Below are positions 63,110 to 64,000 of a DNA stretch of 64,000 bases, in pieces. The notes beneath the pieces are model-generated. The model saw nothing but the letters and a program-made list of their open reading frames with translations, was not told the DNA's origin and made no database searches. The stretch is from Macrostomum lignano (lineage: Eukaryota). The stretch spans positions 1-64,000 of the forward strand of contig NIVC01002329.1 of the NCBI GenBank assembly GCA_002269645.1. The letters run 5' to 3'. Numbering within the stretch: the first letter of the stretch is position 1; every line of letters starts with the position of its first letter. Both the position numbers and the translations under genes were made by a program.

Positions 63110-64000
63110 TACCCAAGCCGGCAGACTGTTTTGATGTTTATCGGGTCCGATGTCTATCGCTACACTTGATCAAATGCTTTAGCGAATAAATCTTGCCGTC
63201 TGTCAGTAAGCCAGCTAGTAGCATCAACTGAATTTAGCTTCCTCTAACGCTACACAATACGCTTAACTTGTTGCAAAACCGAAAATCTTTGACAGTTGAT
63301 TGAAGTTGACTAATTCGTCGAGTGCTCTATCATTGGCTCGCTGTCTACTCAAGTCCAGACTCGACCGACGTCTTCAATCAAATAAATTATGCTTTGCCAA
63401 ATGTTAGTTGGAGTTTGCAGCAACTACGCTGGCTTGAAGAAGCTTTCTAGACGCACTCAACCACAAGCCCGCAAACCAATATGGCTGGTGTAGGGCTTGC
63501 AGCCTCCGCAAATATCTCTCTCTACCTACAGTTGATCGGCTCCCCTCGGCTTTCTGGAGATCGTGGCGGAGACGGCAGTTTTTTGAAGTATATTCCACTA
63601 GAGCCGAAATTGATTCCCGCTTTTTCTGCCTGCCTCCCCCCCTCTAATATTCCAGAAGCCAAACCGACTCAAACTGCGTGACAGGCGGCTTGAAATGTTC
63701 CATATATGATTATGAAGCAAAACTGAGTGCTTTTAGTTCGGAGTTGCAGATTTTGACTTTATGTCATTTTTTCAGCAGGGGGTCTCACAATTGCGTTGGA
63801 TTCCGACATCTTTAATGCAGATTTTTTCAACTAATCCAGTGGATATCAACAGCGCTGCTGCAAGACAGTTAAGTAGAGGTTGGCCGCTAATGTTAATGCT
63901 ACCAGATCCGCTCTGTTCTATAGTACACAACAACCTGAATTAATAGAAACCGCCTGAAGTCCCTCCTCCCCCTGAGCAGCCCAGTCTCACCAGTAGCACC

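Noticed and set aside
63100-64000. Search for the opsin TM1-TM2 exon
   Set aside because: No minus-strand frame with GN or LAxxD-like motifs and a phase-2 donor; presumed beyond the window.

Overview
Eukaryotic (invertebrate) genomic DNA with GC-rich exons and AT-rich or minisatellite-filled introns. The style suggests a free-living flatworm such as Macrostomum, but that is inference. Genes reconstructed by hand from GT-AG splice sites with consistent phases: (1) an exon of an unknown minus-strand protein running off the left edge; (2) a complete 6-exon FMNL/FRL-type formin (+, 10273-27550, 1072 aa); (3) a 2-exon type-I membrane protein with an 8-Cys ectodomain (-, 30094-31056, 246 aa); (4) a 3-exon orphan class A GPCR (+, 37875-45764, 505 aa); (5) three exons (TM3 to C-terminus) of an atypical opsin (-, 48988-62183). 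The opsin keeps the retinal Lys but has Tyr113/Val181 and degenerate (D/E)RY and NPxxY motifs. Mobile DNA: a Tc1/mariner-like deletion derivative with about 140-bp TIRs, a complete but defective Ty3/gypsy LTR element with a 5-bp TSD, and a 5'-truncated Penelope-like element. The Penelope-like element has an intact GIY-YIG ORF in an apparently permuted position, a minimal hammerhead ribozyme, and a ~200-bp microsatellite-containing direct repeat on both sides. About 30 different tandem arrays (roughly 24-25 kb by manual tally) occupy introns and intergenic DNA, often starting right at exon boundaries. Most long ORFs in the supplied track are artefacts of these arrays.
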